Shown: positions 42,901 to 52,192 of the stretch, piece by piece
Position numbering within the stretch: position 1 is the first letter of the stretch
Layout of the letters: every line of letters begins with the position of its first letter
DNA from: an uncultured Acidobacteriota bacterium
Lineage (GTDB): Bacteria > Acidobacteriota > Thermoanaerobaculia > UBA5066
Reading direction: 5' to 3'
NCBI GenBank assembly: GCA_963779415.1
Contig: CAVZYA010000003.1
Coordinates: forward strand, 128,001 to 192,000
DNA: 64,000 nt
Translations under genes and position numbers: made by a program
The notes under the pieces: model-generated
What the model was told of the DNA's origin: nothing
Database searches by the model: none
Seen by the model: the letters and a program-made list of their open reading frames with translations, nothing else

Positions 42901-43781
42901 CACCTTCTCGTTCCGGGACCACTTCCCGACGTTCGGCCAGCTGCTCTACTCGCCCTGGGGCTACGGCCTATCCGTCCCGGGACCGGACGACGGGATGTCC
43001 TTCATGGTGGGCCCGCTGCACCTTCTCGCCGGACTGATGGGCCTCCTCGCGGCGATCCGGCGGGGCCCCGGGCGCGCTCGCGCGCTCGGCATCGCCGCCG
43101 CAACGGCCTCCGGAATCGGCATCTTCCTCGCCAGTCCCGCGTCACTCTTTCTGTGGGAGCGGATTCCCCTCCTGCAGTTCGTCCAGCTCCCGTGGCGGGC
43201 GCTCGTCCTGCCGACGCTCTTTCTTCCGGTCCTTGCGGCCCTCGCGCTCGACGACATCCCCCGGTCCGCCGCGATCGGAGCCGTCGGCCTCGTCCTCCTC
43301 GCGAATCTCGCCCACACCGAGCCGAAGGGCTACCTCCGGTTCGACGACGAGTTCTACGAGCCCGCCCGGATCGCGGCCAACGGGGTCAACACGACGACCG
43401 CGAAGAGTACGAGCCCCGCTGGGTCGGCGCTCGCCCGCCGTACTCGCCGCTGCCCCTCCTGGCCGCGACCGGGATCGACTTCATCGAAGCCCGGGAGACG
43501 ACCGCGCACCGCCATTACCTCGTCCGGATTCCCCGCCGGACAACGGTGGAGGCCGCCGTCTTCTGGTACCCCGGCTGGCGCGTCTCATCGACGGTCACGA
43601 GGTTCCCACGTCCATCGTCCCGGGGCGGGGGACCTTCTCGTTCCCGGTGGAGGAAGGCGAGCACGAGATCGACATGGTGTTCACGCGGACTCCCCTGCGG
43701 ACAGTCTCACTCCTCGCCAGCATCGTCACCGCGTTTCTCCTCGTCGCCGGCGTTGCCGTCGAGCGACGCCGGCCATCGTAG
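39945..43781 (+). CDS. Tandem GT-C-like (PTPS-related/YfhO-type) membrane glycosyltransferase; one fused gene or two genes, frameshifted
   Basis: Module 1 DDAFH...DPWVAEWGLGFPIWRSYQPLPH; module 2 GHDALCYPPR...WAADLENGFGQPLFAF; each followed by TM helices and a periplasmic YPGW/WFPD..VDG domain. Confidence 0.7.
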
Positions 43782-43790
43782 GCGCGCGTT

Positions 43791-44486
43791 GTGAGGAAGG
43801 CCTTTGTCGGCTTGGGCACTTTCGGCCTTCTCGTCCTTCTGGCTCAGTGTCCCGATCGGAGAGGACGGGAGGCTCGCCGCGACGTCCGAAACGTCGAGAT
43901 CTGGCTGAAGAGCGGCGAGAACGCCCTCGATCGCGCGGATGATCCCGCGGTCGCCGTGGACGAGTTCCGCCGGGTCCTCGGAAAGGTTCCATCGCACTAC
44001 GAAGCGACGTATCGGCTCGCCGTCGCCCTCGACCGCGCGGGGAGGCCGGAAGAGGCGCGCTCCTTCTGGGAAAAGACGCTGACCTTGGCTGACGCCCGAC
44101 AGGACGCGCCGCGGATCGCGGCGGCACGCCTGCGGCTGGGAAGACCCTTCCCGGACCCTCCGCTTCCTCAGGGGACGAAGCGGCCCCCCCGGTCGTCTCG
44201 ATGCGCGCCGCCGCGGGCACGAACGAGGAGATGATGAAGAAGGGTCTCTGACCTTCTCTACGCGAAGGGCGACCCGGCGGCGGCCGCGACGCCCTTCCGG
44301 ACGGTCCTCGAGAGGAACCCGACGCACTACGGCGCAACCTACCAGCTCGCCGTTGCGCTCGAGCGATCCGGCAATCGGGCTGAAGCGCTCCCGCTCTGGC
44401 AGAAGGTTCTCGTAATGGCGCAGAGATACCGCGACGAGGAGACTGCGCGGACCGCCCGAATCCACCTCGGGCAGTCACCAAAGTGA
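43791..44486 (+). CDS. TPR-repeat protein (frameshifted)
   Basis: Two similar units FRRVL..PSHYEATYRLAVALDRAG..EEAR..WEK and FRTVL..PTHYGATYQLAVALERSG..AEAL..WQK. Confidence 0.75.
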
Positions 44487-44490
44487 GCGA

Positions 44491-45401
44491 TCAGTTCGTC
44501 ACGCGATCCTGGGCAGCTCCAAGGTAGTAGAGGCCGAGGATGGCATCGCGCGTCTCGCCGCGCCGGGCCCTCTCGATCGCCCCGGCCTGACACATTCCCG
44601 CGCCGTGCCCCGTGCCGTGTCCGGTGAGGAAGTACTCGGCCCGCGACTCGGCCATCTCGAAGGCCGTCGAGCGGACCGACGCCCACCCCCAGATCTCGGA
44701 TGCGCTCTTCCGGAAATCGAAGCCGCGGACGACGCGCGAGGCGCCTCCCGGCGCCGCGAGCCGGATCATCGAGACGCGGCCGGTGTCGTCCCGGCCGTAG
44801 ACCTCGAGGAACCGGGCCTCGGGTATCCCGAGCGACTCGGCGAGGCGCGGATCTCCCTTCGCGGGATCGAGAAGCTCCACGAATAGCCGGGGGCTCCGAC
44901 GCAGGCGTCGTCCTCCACCGGGACGAGATCGGGATAGTCCTCGTCGTCCCAGACGTCGCGCGGGCGCGCGGTCTTCCCGCCGCAGCAGGCGTGGAAGGGC
45001 GCCGCGATGACCCGGCCGTTCTGGACGAGGACCACTCCCTCCGTCGCCCGCGCCGCCGCGCGGGTCTCCTCGGTCGCGGAAGAAAGGCCGCGAAAGACCT
45101 GGCAGTGGACGCCGTCGCAGAGATCCGCCCCCTCGTCGGCGTGCCGTGTCCGGCGCGCGAGCGCGTACGAGCGGGTCGCCACGGCCTGGGCTTCGAGCGC
45201 CGCCGCGGGAGCCCGGCGCCCCATCTCCCCAGGGAGGACGGCGGCGACGTAGACCTCGACGGGGATCTCCTCGACCTGACCGGTGGCCGTCCGAAAGATC
45301 CGCAGCGTCCGCCCGTCGGGGCCGGAGGCCACGGCGCGCGCCACGAGGCGCGGCGCCGCGAGGAAGGCCGCGCCGAGAACCAGGAACCTCCGCCGAGTCA
45401 C
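44491..45401 (-). CDS. SpoIID/LytB-family lytic transglycosylase with Tat-like signal (frameshift near 44870)
   Basis: MTRRRFL; EVYVAAVLPGEM, ALEAQAVATRSY, CDGVHCQVF, GHGTGHGAGMCQAGA, ILGLYY. Confidence 0.9.
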
Positions 45402-45433
45402 GCCGGGCGATTGTAGACTCGCCGCGCCTCCCG

Positions 45434-46744
45434 ATGAGCGAACCGTCTCGCGCCCTCGCGCGCCGGCTCGGCCCGTTCGACGCGGCCATGATCGTCATGG
45501 GAGGGATGGTCGGCGCCGGGATCTTCGTCAATCCCGCCGTCGTCGCGCACGAGGTCCCGTCGGCGGCCCTGAGCGTCCTCGCATGGGCCGCCGGAGGAGC
45601 CATCGCGCTCGCCGGCGCGTTTCTCTACGCCGAGCTGGCCGAGAGGCTCCCCGAAGCGGGCGGGCAGTACGCCTACCTCCGCGACGCATGGCATCCGCTT
45701 CTCGGATTTCTCTACGGCTGGACGCTCCTCCTCGTCACCGGGAGCGGAGGGCAGGCGGCGGTCGCGATGACCTTCGCCCGCTACCTGAAGGTCCTGACCG
45801 GGATCGACGCGCCGGAAGGGGCGATGGCCGTGGCGACGCTCGCGGGGGTCGCCGCGGTCAACCTTCTCGGCGTCCGCGCAGGAGGAAGCCTTCAGTCGGC
45901 CCTGATGGTGACGAAGGCGCTCGCCATCGCCCTCCTCGTCTTCGCCGGGCTCCTCGCCGCGGGCGTCCCGGCCGCGGGAGCGGACGCGTCTTCCGCCATC
46001 CCGGCGGCCTCCCTCGTGGCCGCGTTCGGCGCCGCGCTCGTCCCGGTCTTCTTCGCCTACGGCGGGTACCAGAACTCGGGCTTCGCGGCCGAGGAGCTGA
46101 AGAACCCGGAGCGAGACCTTCCGCGCGGGCTCCTCATCGGCGTGGCGGGCGTAATCCTCCTCTACATCTCCGTCGCGTGGGTCTCCGTCCGCGCTCTCGG
46201 CCCGGCCGGTCTTGCCGTGACCGGAACACCGGCTTCGGACGTGATGACCCGCGCACTCGGACCCGCCGGCGGGAAGCTGATCGCCCTCGGGATCGCCATC
46301 TCGACGCTCGGCTTCCTGTCGCACGGCGTCCTGACGCTTCCCCGCGCCTACTTCGCGATGGCGCGGGACGGCGTCTTTTTCCGGACGGTCGCGACGCTGA
46401 CGAGCAGGACCCGGGTCCCCGCGTTCGCGATCCTCGTTCAGGCCGGGGTCGCGGCGGCGCTCGCTCTCTCCGGAAAATACGAGCAGATCCTCGGCTTCGT
46501 CATGTCGGTCGACGTCCTCTTCTTCGCGGCGACCGGCGCGGCGCTCTTCGTCTTCCGGCGGCGCGGCCGGCCCGCTCCCCCGCGTCTCTCTCCCCGGCCA
46601 TCCCTTACGATGCTCGTCTTCATCTCGGCCTGTCTCTTCGTCGCCGGGAGCACCTGGGCTCGCTACCCGGCCAACTCGGCCGTCGGGCTGGGGCTCCTCC
46701 TTTCGGGCGTTCCGGCGTATCTTTTCTGGAGCCGGAAGCGATGA
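45434..46744 (+). CDS. APC-family amino acid permease
   Basis: GGMVGAGIF, YAEL, AGGQYAYL, FFAYGGY, EELKNPERDLP. Confidence 0.92.
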   Translation: MSEPSRALARRLGPFDAAMIVMGGMVGAGIFVNPAVVAHEVPSAALSVLAWAAGGAIALAGAFLYAELAERLPEAGGQYAYLRDAWHPLLGFLYGWTLLLVTGSGGQAAVAMTFARYLKVLTGIDAPEGAMAVATLAGVAAVNLLGVRAGGSLQSALMVTKALAIALLVFAGLLAAGVPAAGADASSAIPAASLVAAFGAALVPVFFAYGGYQNSGFAAEELKNPERDLPRGLLIGVAGVILLYISVAWVSVRALGPAGLAVTGTPASDVMTRALGPAGGKLIALGIAISTLGFLSHGVLTLPRAYFAMARDGVFFRTVATLTSRTRVPAFAILVQAGVAAALALSGKYEQILGFVMSVDVLFFAATGAALFVFRRRGRPAPPRLSPRPSLTMLVFISACLFVAGSTWARYPANSAVGLGLLLSGVPAYLFWSRKR

Positions 46745-47827
46745 CGCGCACGACTTCATCCCCGTACATGGAGTGGGCAAAGACCCGCTCCGCCTCCCGC
46801 TTCAACCTCGCCCGGAGCGGCGTTCCGGACCAGCCGCTCGCCGCGATCGGGGCGACAGCTCGACGACGTCGAGACGAGCGGCGGAGACGGGTACGGCTGG
46901 GGACCTCTTCTCGAAGCGATCGCCCGGCGATTCGGGACCTCCCCGGACTGCGTCGTCCACCTCCCCGGAACGTCGATGGCGAACTTCGTCGCGCTGGCCG
47001 GGCTCGTCGGCCCGGGGGACGACGTCGTCGCCGAGGCGCCGACATACGAGCTGATGCTCTCGGCCGCCCGGTTCCTCGGGGCGAACATCGTCCCCTTCAT
47101 CCGGAGAGAGGAGAGCGGCTGGGCGGTCGATCCGGAGGACGTCGAGAGGGCGATCACCCCGCGGACGCGCGTCATCGCCCTGACGAACCTCCACAACCCG
47201 TCGAGCGCGCGGATTCCGGACGAGATTCTCTTCCGCGTCGGCGCGATCGCGCGCGCGGCCGGCGTCCGGGTCCTCGTCGACGAGGTCTATCTCGAGGCGC
47301 TCTACGAGACCCCCATGCCCACCTCCCACCGGCTCGGCCCGGAGTTCGTCGTGACGTCGAGCCTCACGAAGGCCTACGGCCTCTCGGGTCTCCGCTGCGG
47401 CTGGGTCCTTGCGGAGCCGGACGTCGCCCGCCGCCTCTGGCGGCTCAACGATCTCTTCGGGGTCAACCATGCGCGCCCGGCGGAGACGCTTGCCCTCCGC
47501 GCCATTGCGAAGCTCACCGACCTCGCCCCCGGCTTCCGGACGCTCCTCGAGACGAACCGCGCGCTCTTCACCGAGTTCCTCGCCGGGCGCCAAGACATCT
47601 CCTGCTTCGTCCCGCCGCACGGCACCGTCGTCTTCCCGAAGCTGTTGACGACCGACGACGCCGCTCTCTGCCGGCTTCTAAGGGAAAAGTACGAGACGAC
47701 CGTCGTCCCCGGCGAGTTCTTCGGCCGCGCCGACCATGTCCGGATCGGCCTGTGCGTCGAGAGCGAGGTCTTCCGCGAGGGGATCGACCGGCTGGGGCAG
47801 GCGCTGGACGAGATCTCGAAGGGCTAG
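46741..47827 (+). CDS. Class I/II PLP-dependent aminotransferase (frameshift near 46860)
   Basis: YMEWAK...NLARSG; TNLHNPSS, DEVY, SSLTKAYGLSGLRCGW, VVPGEFF. Confidence 0.88.
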
Positions 47828-47891
47828 CGGCGACCCGAGGACCTGGGGCGGGCGACGGAGCGGGCGATCATTCACGCCTAGAATGTCCCCG

Positions 47892-48116
47892 ATGGCAATG
47901 GAGATCCGCCCGCGAACCATCGATTCGGAGGCCGCAAGACAATTCAGGGGGACGGCCGAAGAGAGGATGCGCGCGGCGCTCGTGGCAGGTGACCTGGCCC
48001 TTCAGCTCTTTCTGGCCACGCAGCCTCCCGGCACGAGCGTCGAGGAGGCCCGCCGCCGGCTTCAGCGGGCAGCGCACGCCGGGCGGCGGCCGTCCCGTTG
48101 TACGGATGAGCCGTGA
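47892..48116 (+). CDS. Small hypothetical protein, antitoxin-like partner of the downstream nucleotidyltransferase
   Basis: 74-aa helical ORF, TAGAAT 7 nt upstream of its ATG, GTGA overlap with the next gene. Confidence 0.6.
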   Translation: MAMEIRPRTIDSEAARQFRGTAEERMRAALVAGDLALQLFLATQPPGTSVEEARRRLQRAAHAGRRPSRCTDEP

Positions 48117-48496
48117 AAACGACGCTTCTGGCCCGTGTCCTCGAGGTGCTCGAGGGGCGCGGCGCGCGGCCCGCTCTCATCGGAGGGATGGCGCTCGCGG
48201 CGCACGGCGTCGGCCGGGCGACTCAGGACTTCGACATTCTGGTCCTAGACGCCGCCGTCCTCTCCGAGAAGCCGTGGACTGCTCTCCGGGAGTCCGGAGT
48301 CGAGATCGAAATCCGGCGGGGCGACGCCGCCGACCTGGTCCTCCTGAAGCTCGATGCGGGCGGGCCGCAGGACCGGCTCGACATTCGGCTGCTCCTGCGG
48401 GGCCCGGCCGGCCCTGCGCTCCGCACCGAGGTGGAGAGCCGCCTCGCCGCGCTGCCGCAGCCGCTCCGCGACGCGTGGATCACCCTGGAGGATTAG
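48113..48496 (+). CDS. Pol-beta-superfamily nucleotidyltransferase (AbiEii/DUF6036-like), possibly internally deleted
   Basis: LIGGMALAAHG..RATQDFD (GG and DxD motifs) and DLVLLKL.AG.PQD..D; only 127 aa. Confidence 0.7.
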   Translation: MKTTLLARVLEVLEGRGARPALIGGMALAAHGVGRATQDFDILVLDAAVLSEKPWTALRESGVEIEIRRGDAADLVLLKLDAGGPQDRLDIRLLLRGPAGPALRTEVESRLAALPQPLRDAWITLED

Positions 48497-48570
48497 AGCC
48501 TCAAGGGGCGGCCATTCGGAATGGCGACGTTCGCCTGCCCCGAACGACTCTATAATTGATAATTGAGACG

Positions 48571-48631
48571 CGACCCCGGTCGAAACGACCCCGGTCGAAA
48601 CGAAGGGGTCACGAAACGAAAGGGTCAGGTT
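48571..48631. repeat. Short tandem repeat cluster of 15-16-bp units
   Basis: CGACCCCGGTCGAAA twice exactly, then CGAAGGGGTCACGAAA and CGAAAGGGTCAGGTT. Confidence 0.75.
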
Positions 48632-48644
48632 TTGCACCTGTAGT

Positions 48645-49151
48645 CTACGGGGAGTTCCTTCCGGGGTGTGCGGCGTCGGCCTCGCCGCGAAGGGTCGCGA
48701 CGGCGTGCGGGAGGACGGGGGCAATCGCTTCGAGGCACTCGACGGCGCCCTTCGGCGAGCCGGGGAGGTTGACGACGAGCGTTCTCTTCCGGACGCCCGC
48801 TACCTGCCGGGAGAGGATGGCCGTCGGGACGGCGGCGCGCGTCGCGGAACGCATCGCCTCTGCGAGGCCCGGAACGTCGTAGTCGATCGCGGCGCGCGTG
48901 GCCTGCGGCGTCACGTCGCGTGGCGAAAGGCCCGTCCCGCCGGTCGTCAGGACGAGATCCACGGATCCGCCGTCCGCAAGGCGCGAGATTTCCGCTCCGA
49001 TTCCCGCCGCGTCGTCGGGAATCACCTTCGTCTCGACGATCTCCGCTGTGAGCAGGAAACGCCGGACGGCCCCTTCGACGGCCGGCCCGCCCCGGTCTTC
49101 CCTCTCGCCTCGGGCGGAACGGTCGGAGATCGTCAGTACCGCGACCCGCAT
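48645..49151 (-). CDS. mog: Molybdopterin adenylyltransferase (Mog/MoaB family)
   Basis: LTISDR, DRGGP, TTGGTGLSPRDVTP, NLPGSPKG. Confidence 0.9.
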   Translation of the reverse strand: MRVAVLTISDRSARGEREDRGGPAVEGAVRRFLLTAEIVETKVIPDDAAGIGAEISRLADGGSVDLVLTTGGTGLSPRDVTPQATRAAIDYDVPGLAEAMRSATRAAVPTAILSRQVAGVRKRTLVVNLPGSPKGAVECLEAIAPVLPHAVATLRGEADAAHPGRNSP

Positions 49152-49173
49152 CCGGCGGATTCTCTCAGGGACT

Positions 49174-50187
49174 CTATCCCCCGATCTCGGACATGTTCCG
49201 GGCGTGAAGGGGAAGCATGTTCTTCTGCATCCCGACGAACATCGGGTGGCGCTCCTCCTTCACGGCGGCGGCATGCTCGACGAGAGCGGCGAGATCGGTG
49301 TCCGATGCCCCCGCCCGCATCGGCCGGAGGAGATCGACGTCGTTGTGCCCGAAAAGGCACCCCTTCAGGAAGCCGTCCTGGGTCAGCCGCATCCGGTTGC
49401 AGGTGTCGCAGAAGCGGTCCGAGACGGGGGTGATGAAGCCGATCGTCCCGCGGTGCTCGCCGAGAGCCGAGACGACGTGATACTCGTCCGCGGGGCCCGC
49501 CACCTCGCTCTTTTCGGCGGGCGAAAGGCCGTAGCCCGCGGCGACGAGACGTTCCTTCACCTCGTGCCACCCCATCCAGTCGGCGTCCGTCCAGCCGTTG
49601 TTCCCGAACGGCATGAACTCGATGAACCGGACTCCGAGGTTCTTCTCGTGCGTCATCGCCGCGAGCGGGAGGATCTGGTCGTCGTTGAAGCCGCGGATGA
49701 CGACGGCGTTGATCTTCACGGAGTCGAACGGGAGCGAGAGGGCGAGGTCGATCGAGTCGAGGACGGGCTGAAAGTGGTCGCGGCGCGCCAGCTTCCGGAA
49801 GTGCTCGGCCTCGGCCGCGTCGAGCGAGACGTTCACCCTCGTGAGGCCGGCGGCGAGAAGGCCGTGAGCCATCCTCGGGAAGAGGACGCCGTTCGTCGAG
49901 AGGGCGATTCCGCCCGGAAAGCCGATCGCCGAGAGATCCCTGACGATGTCGACGAGATCGGGGCGCGTCGTCGGCTCGCCCCCCGTGACGCGCACTTTCG
50001 TGACGCCGAAGGAGGCGAGAAGCGCGGCGGCGCGGCGGATCTCCTCCCGCGTCATCAGGTGCGGAAGCGGCCGGAAGGTCTGGTTCTCCGGCATGCAGTA
50101 GATGCAGCGGAGATTGCACCGGTCCGTGATCGAGATCCGGACGTACGTGATACGCCTGCCGTGGCCGTCGATGAGGGTCTCTTGCAA
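49174..50187 (-). CDS. moaA: GTP 3',8-cyclase MoaA
   Basis: RISITDRCNLRCIYCMP, FIEFMP, FCDTCNRMR...C, terminal IGG. Confidence 0.97.
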   Translation of the reverse strand: MQETLIDGHGRRITYVRISITDRCNLRCIYCMPENQTFRPLPHLMTREEIRRAAALLASFGVTKVRVTGGEPTTRPDLVDIVRDLSAIGFPGGIALSTNGVLFPRMAHGLLAAGLTRVNVSLDAAEAEHFRKLARRDHFQPVLDSIDLALSLPFDSVKINAVVIRGFNDDQILPLAAMTHEKNLGVRFIEFMPFGNNGWTDADWMGWHEVKERLVAAGYGLSPAEKSEVAGPADEYHVVSALGEHRGTIGFITPVSDRFCDTCNRMRLTQDGFLKGCLFGHNDVDLLRPMRAGASDTDLAALVEHAAAVKEERHPMFVGMQKNMLPLHARNMSEIGG

Positions 50188-50252
50188 CCCGCTCCCCCCT
50201 TCCTGAGAGTCTATCTCGACGAAATGGGGAGAATGAAGGCTAGACTCGGCAC

Positions 50253-50672
50253 GTGGTTCTGGGTTCCGTCCGGGAAACCTTCCGCGCGATCGCGACGACC
50301 GTCGTCCCCGAGGCCGGGGGGCTCGACGCGGCGGGGTGGGCAGAACTCGAGCGTTTGGTTGAAAAGACCCTCGAGCCTCGCCCCGCGGCGGTGAAGCGGC
50401 AGCTTCAGCTTCTGATCCGCGCCATCGGATTCCTCCCGATCCTCCGCCGCGGCAAGCGCTTCACCTCCCTCTCCCCGTGCGAGAGGGCGGCGTTCCTGTC
50501 GGGGATCGAGAACGCGCCCGTCGTTCTTCTCCGCCGCGGCTTCTGGGGAATCCGGACGCTCGTTTTTCTCGGTTACTACGCGCGCCCCGAAGCCGGCCGC
50601 GAGATCGGATACAGGGCCCACCCGCGCGGGTGGGAAGCGCGAAGAGCGGCCGGCGCCGGGACGTCCCGATGA
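50253..50672 (+). CDS. Small partner protein of the GMC oxidoreductase (gluconate dehydrogenase gamma-subunit-like)
   Basis: AIATTVVP, FTSLSPCERAAFL, LVFLGYYA.PE...IGY; ATGA overlap with the GMC gene. Confidence 0.7.
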   Translation: MVLGSVRETFRAIATTVVPEAGGLDAAGWAELERLVEKTLEPRPAAVKRQLQLLIRAIGFLPILRRGKRFTSLSPCERAAFLSGIENAPVVLLRRGFWGIRTLVFLGYYARPEAGREIGYRAHPRGWEARRAAGAGTSR

Positions 50673-52192
50673 TCGAAAAGAGCTTCGACGTCGTCATCGT
50701 CGGCTCGGGGGCCGGAGGCGGCACGGTGGCTGAAGGGCTCGCCCCGCTCGCGCGCGCCGGGTACCGGATCCTCGTCGTGGAGCAGGGGGCGCGCCTGAAG
50801 GACTCGGAGTTCACGGGGCAGGAGGTGGACATGGCCGACGCCCTCTACGAAGAAGGCGGCGGCTTCCTGACGGCCGAGGGGACGATGACGCTCGCCTTCG
50901 GGCGGGCGTGGGGAGGCTCCACCGTCGTCTACACGGGGACGTCGCTCATCGCTCCGGAGCGCGTCATCCGGAAGTGGAATGTCGCGGGCCTTTCGCACGA
51001 CGACGTCGAGAGGCGCTCGAAGCGCTTCGCCGGGGAGAACAACGTCCACCTTCTCTCCCCCGACCTCCTCAACGAGAACAACCGGCTCTTCGTCGAGGGG
51101 TGCGAGAAGGCGGGCTACCGCGCCGAGCAGTTCCCCCTGAACCTGAAAGGGTGCCTCGGGTCGAGCCTCTGCAATCTCGGCTGTCCGAACGGCGCCAAGC
51201 AGGGGACGCACCGCGTCCAGCTTCCGAAGGCCCTCGCGGAGGGGGTCACGGCGGTCACGCGCGCCGAAGCCCTTCGGATCGAGGAGCGCCGGGTGATCCT
51301 CCGGGTGACGGCCCCCGGTCCCGGCGAAAAAGGCGAGCTCTCCGAGTGGGCGCCGGGCGAGTACGCCGTCAGCGCGAAAGCCGTCGTGACGGCGGGAGGC
51401 GCCGTCGGGACCCCCGCGCTTCTTCTCCGTTCCGGCTTCGGCTCGCGCCTGCCGCGCCTCGGCGAGGGCTTCACCTGCCACCCGGCGCACATCCTCGTCG
51501 GGGAGCATCCGCAGCCGATCACGAACGACGTCGGCCACCCGAAGAGCTTCTTTCTGGACCGGGCCGTCGAGGAGGGATTCCTCCTCGAGACCTGCATGTA
51601 CTTCCCCTTCACGACGGCGAAGAACCTGACCGGCTTCGGCGCGCCGCACAGCGCCCTGATGCGAGCCTTCTCGCGCCTGCAGATGATCCTCGTCCTGGCC
51701 TGCGACAAGGCCGTGCCGGGGAACCGCGTCACGGTGGACGCCGCCGGAAAGCCGGTCGTCCACTACACCTTCACGCCCGAGACGGTCGCCTCCCTCGTCC
51801 GCGCCACGCGCGCCGCGTCGCGAATTTTCTTCGCCGCGGGCGCGCTCCGGGTCCACGCCCCCTCCGCCGATCCGCCGCTCCTCTCGCGCGAGGAATCCGG
51901 AGCGATCGACACCCGGATCCACGAGCGGAACTTCCGCGCCGGGAAGATCTCCGTCTCGGCCGCCCACCTGATGGGTGGATGCGGAATGGGGACGGGCGCG
52001 TCCGACTCGGTCACCGACGCATGGGGGCGGGTTCACGGCCTGCCGTGGCTCTTCGCCGCCGATGCGAGCCTCTTCCCCGACTCGCTCGAGATCAATCCCT
52101 ACCTCACGATCATGGCGCTCGCCGACCGCGCCGCCGAGCGGATCCGCGAGGAGGCCGGGGCGCTCCTCGGGGCTCCGGGGCGGGCCGCATGA
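50669..52192 (+). CDS. GMC-family FAD oxidoreductase
   Basis: DVVIVGSGAGGG, GGSTVV, CLGSSLCNLGCP, GTPALLLRSG, AHLMGGC, DASLFP, INPYLTIMALA. Confidence 0.92.
   Translation: MIEKSFDVVIVGSGAGGGTVAEGLAPLARAGYRILVVEQGARLKDSEFTGQEVDMADALYEEGGGFLTAEGTMTLAFGRAWGGSTVVYTGTSLIAPERVIRKWNVAGLSHDDVERRSKRFAGENNVHLLSPDLLNENNRLFVEGCEKAGYRAEQFPLNLKGCLGSSLCNLGCPNGAKQGTHRVQLPKALAEGVTAVTRAEALRIEERRVILRVTAPGPGEKGELSEWAPGEYAVSAKAVVTAGGAVGTPALLLRSGFGSRLPRLGEGFTCHPAHILVGEHPQPITNDVGHPKSFFLDRAVEEGFLLETCMYFPFTTAKNLTGFGAPHSALMRAFSRLQMILVLACDKAVPGNRVTVDAAGKPVVHYTFTPETVASLVRATRAASRIFFAAGALRVHAPSADPPLLSREESGAIDTRIHERNFRAGKISVSAAHLMGGCGMGTGASDSVTDAWGRVHGLPWLFAADASLFPDSLEINPYLTIMALADRAAERIREEAGALLGAPGRAA

Noticed and set aside
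44491-45401. SpoIID plus BclA-like collagen as evidence of sporulation
   Set aside because: SpoIID/LytB domains are common in non-sporulating diderms, and no other sporulation genes are seen here.
45283-48555. Very long Arg/Pro/Gly-rich ORFs (1090 aa here; also 59567-62485 and the N-terminal extensions of 18378-21560, 50908-53916, 8115-10187)
   Set aside because: Shadow frames typical of high-GC DNA that overlap well-supported genes; where a real gene is included it is only the C-terminal part.
48571-48631. Mini-CRISPR or iteron origin
   Set aside because: Units are 15-16 bp, directly adjacent with no spacers, and no cas or rep gene is nearby.
50188-50252. Moco riboswitch upstream of moaA
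   Set aside because: The 65-nt gap is filled by two divergent -10 elements and an SD; too short for the motif.
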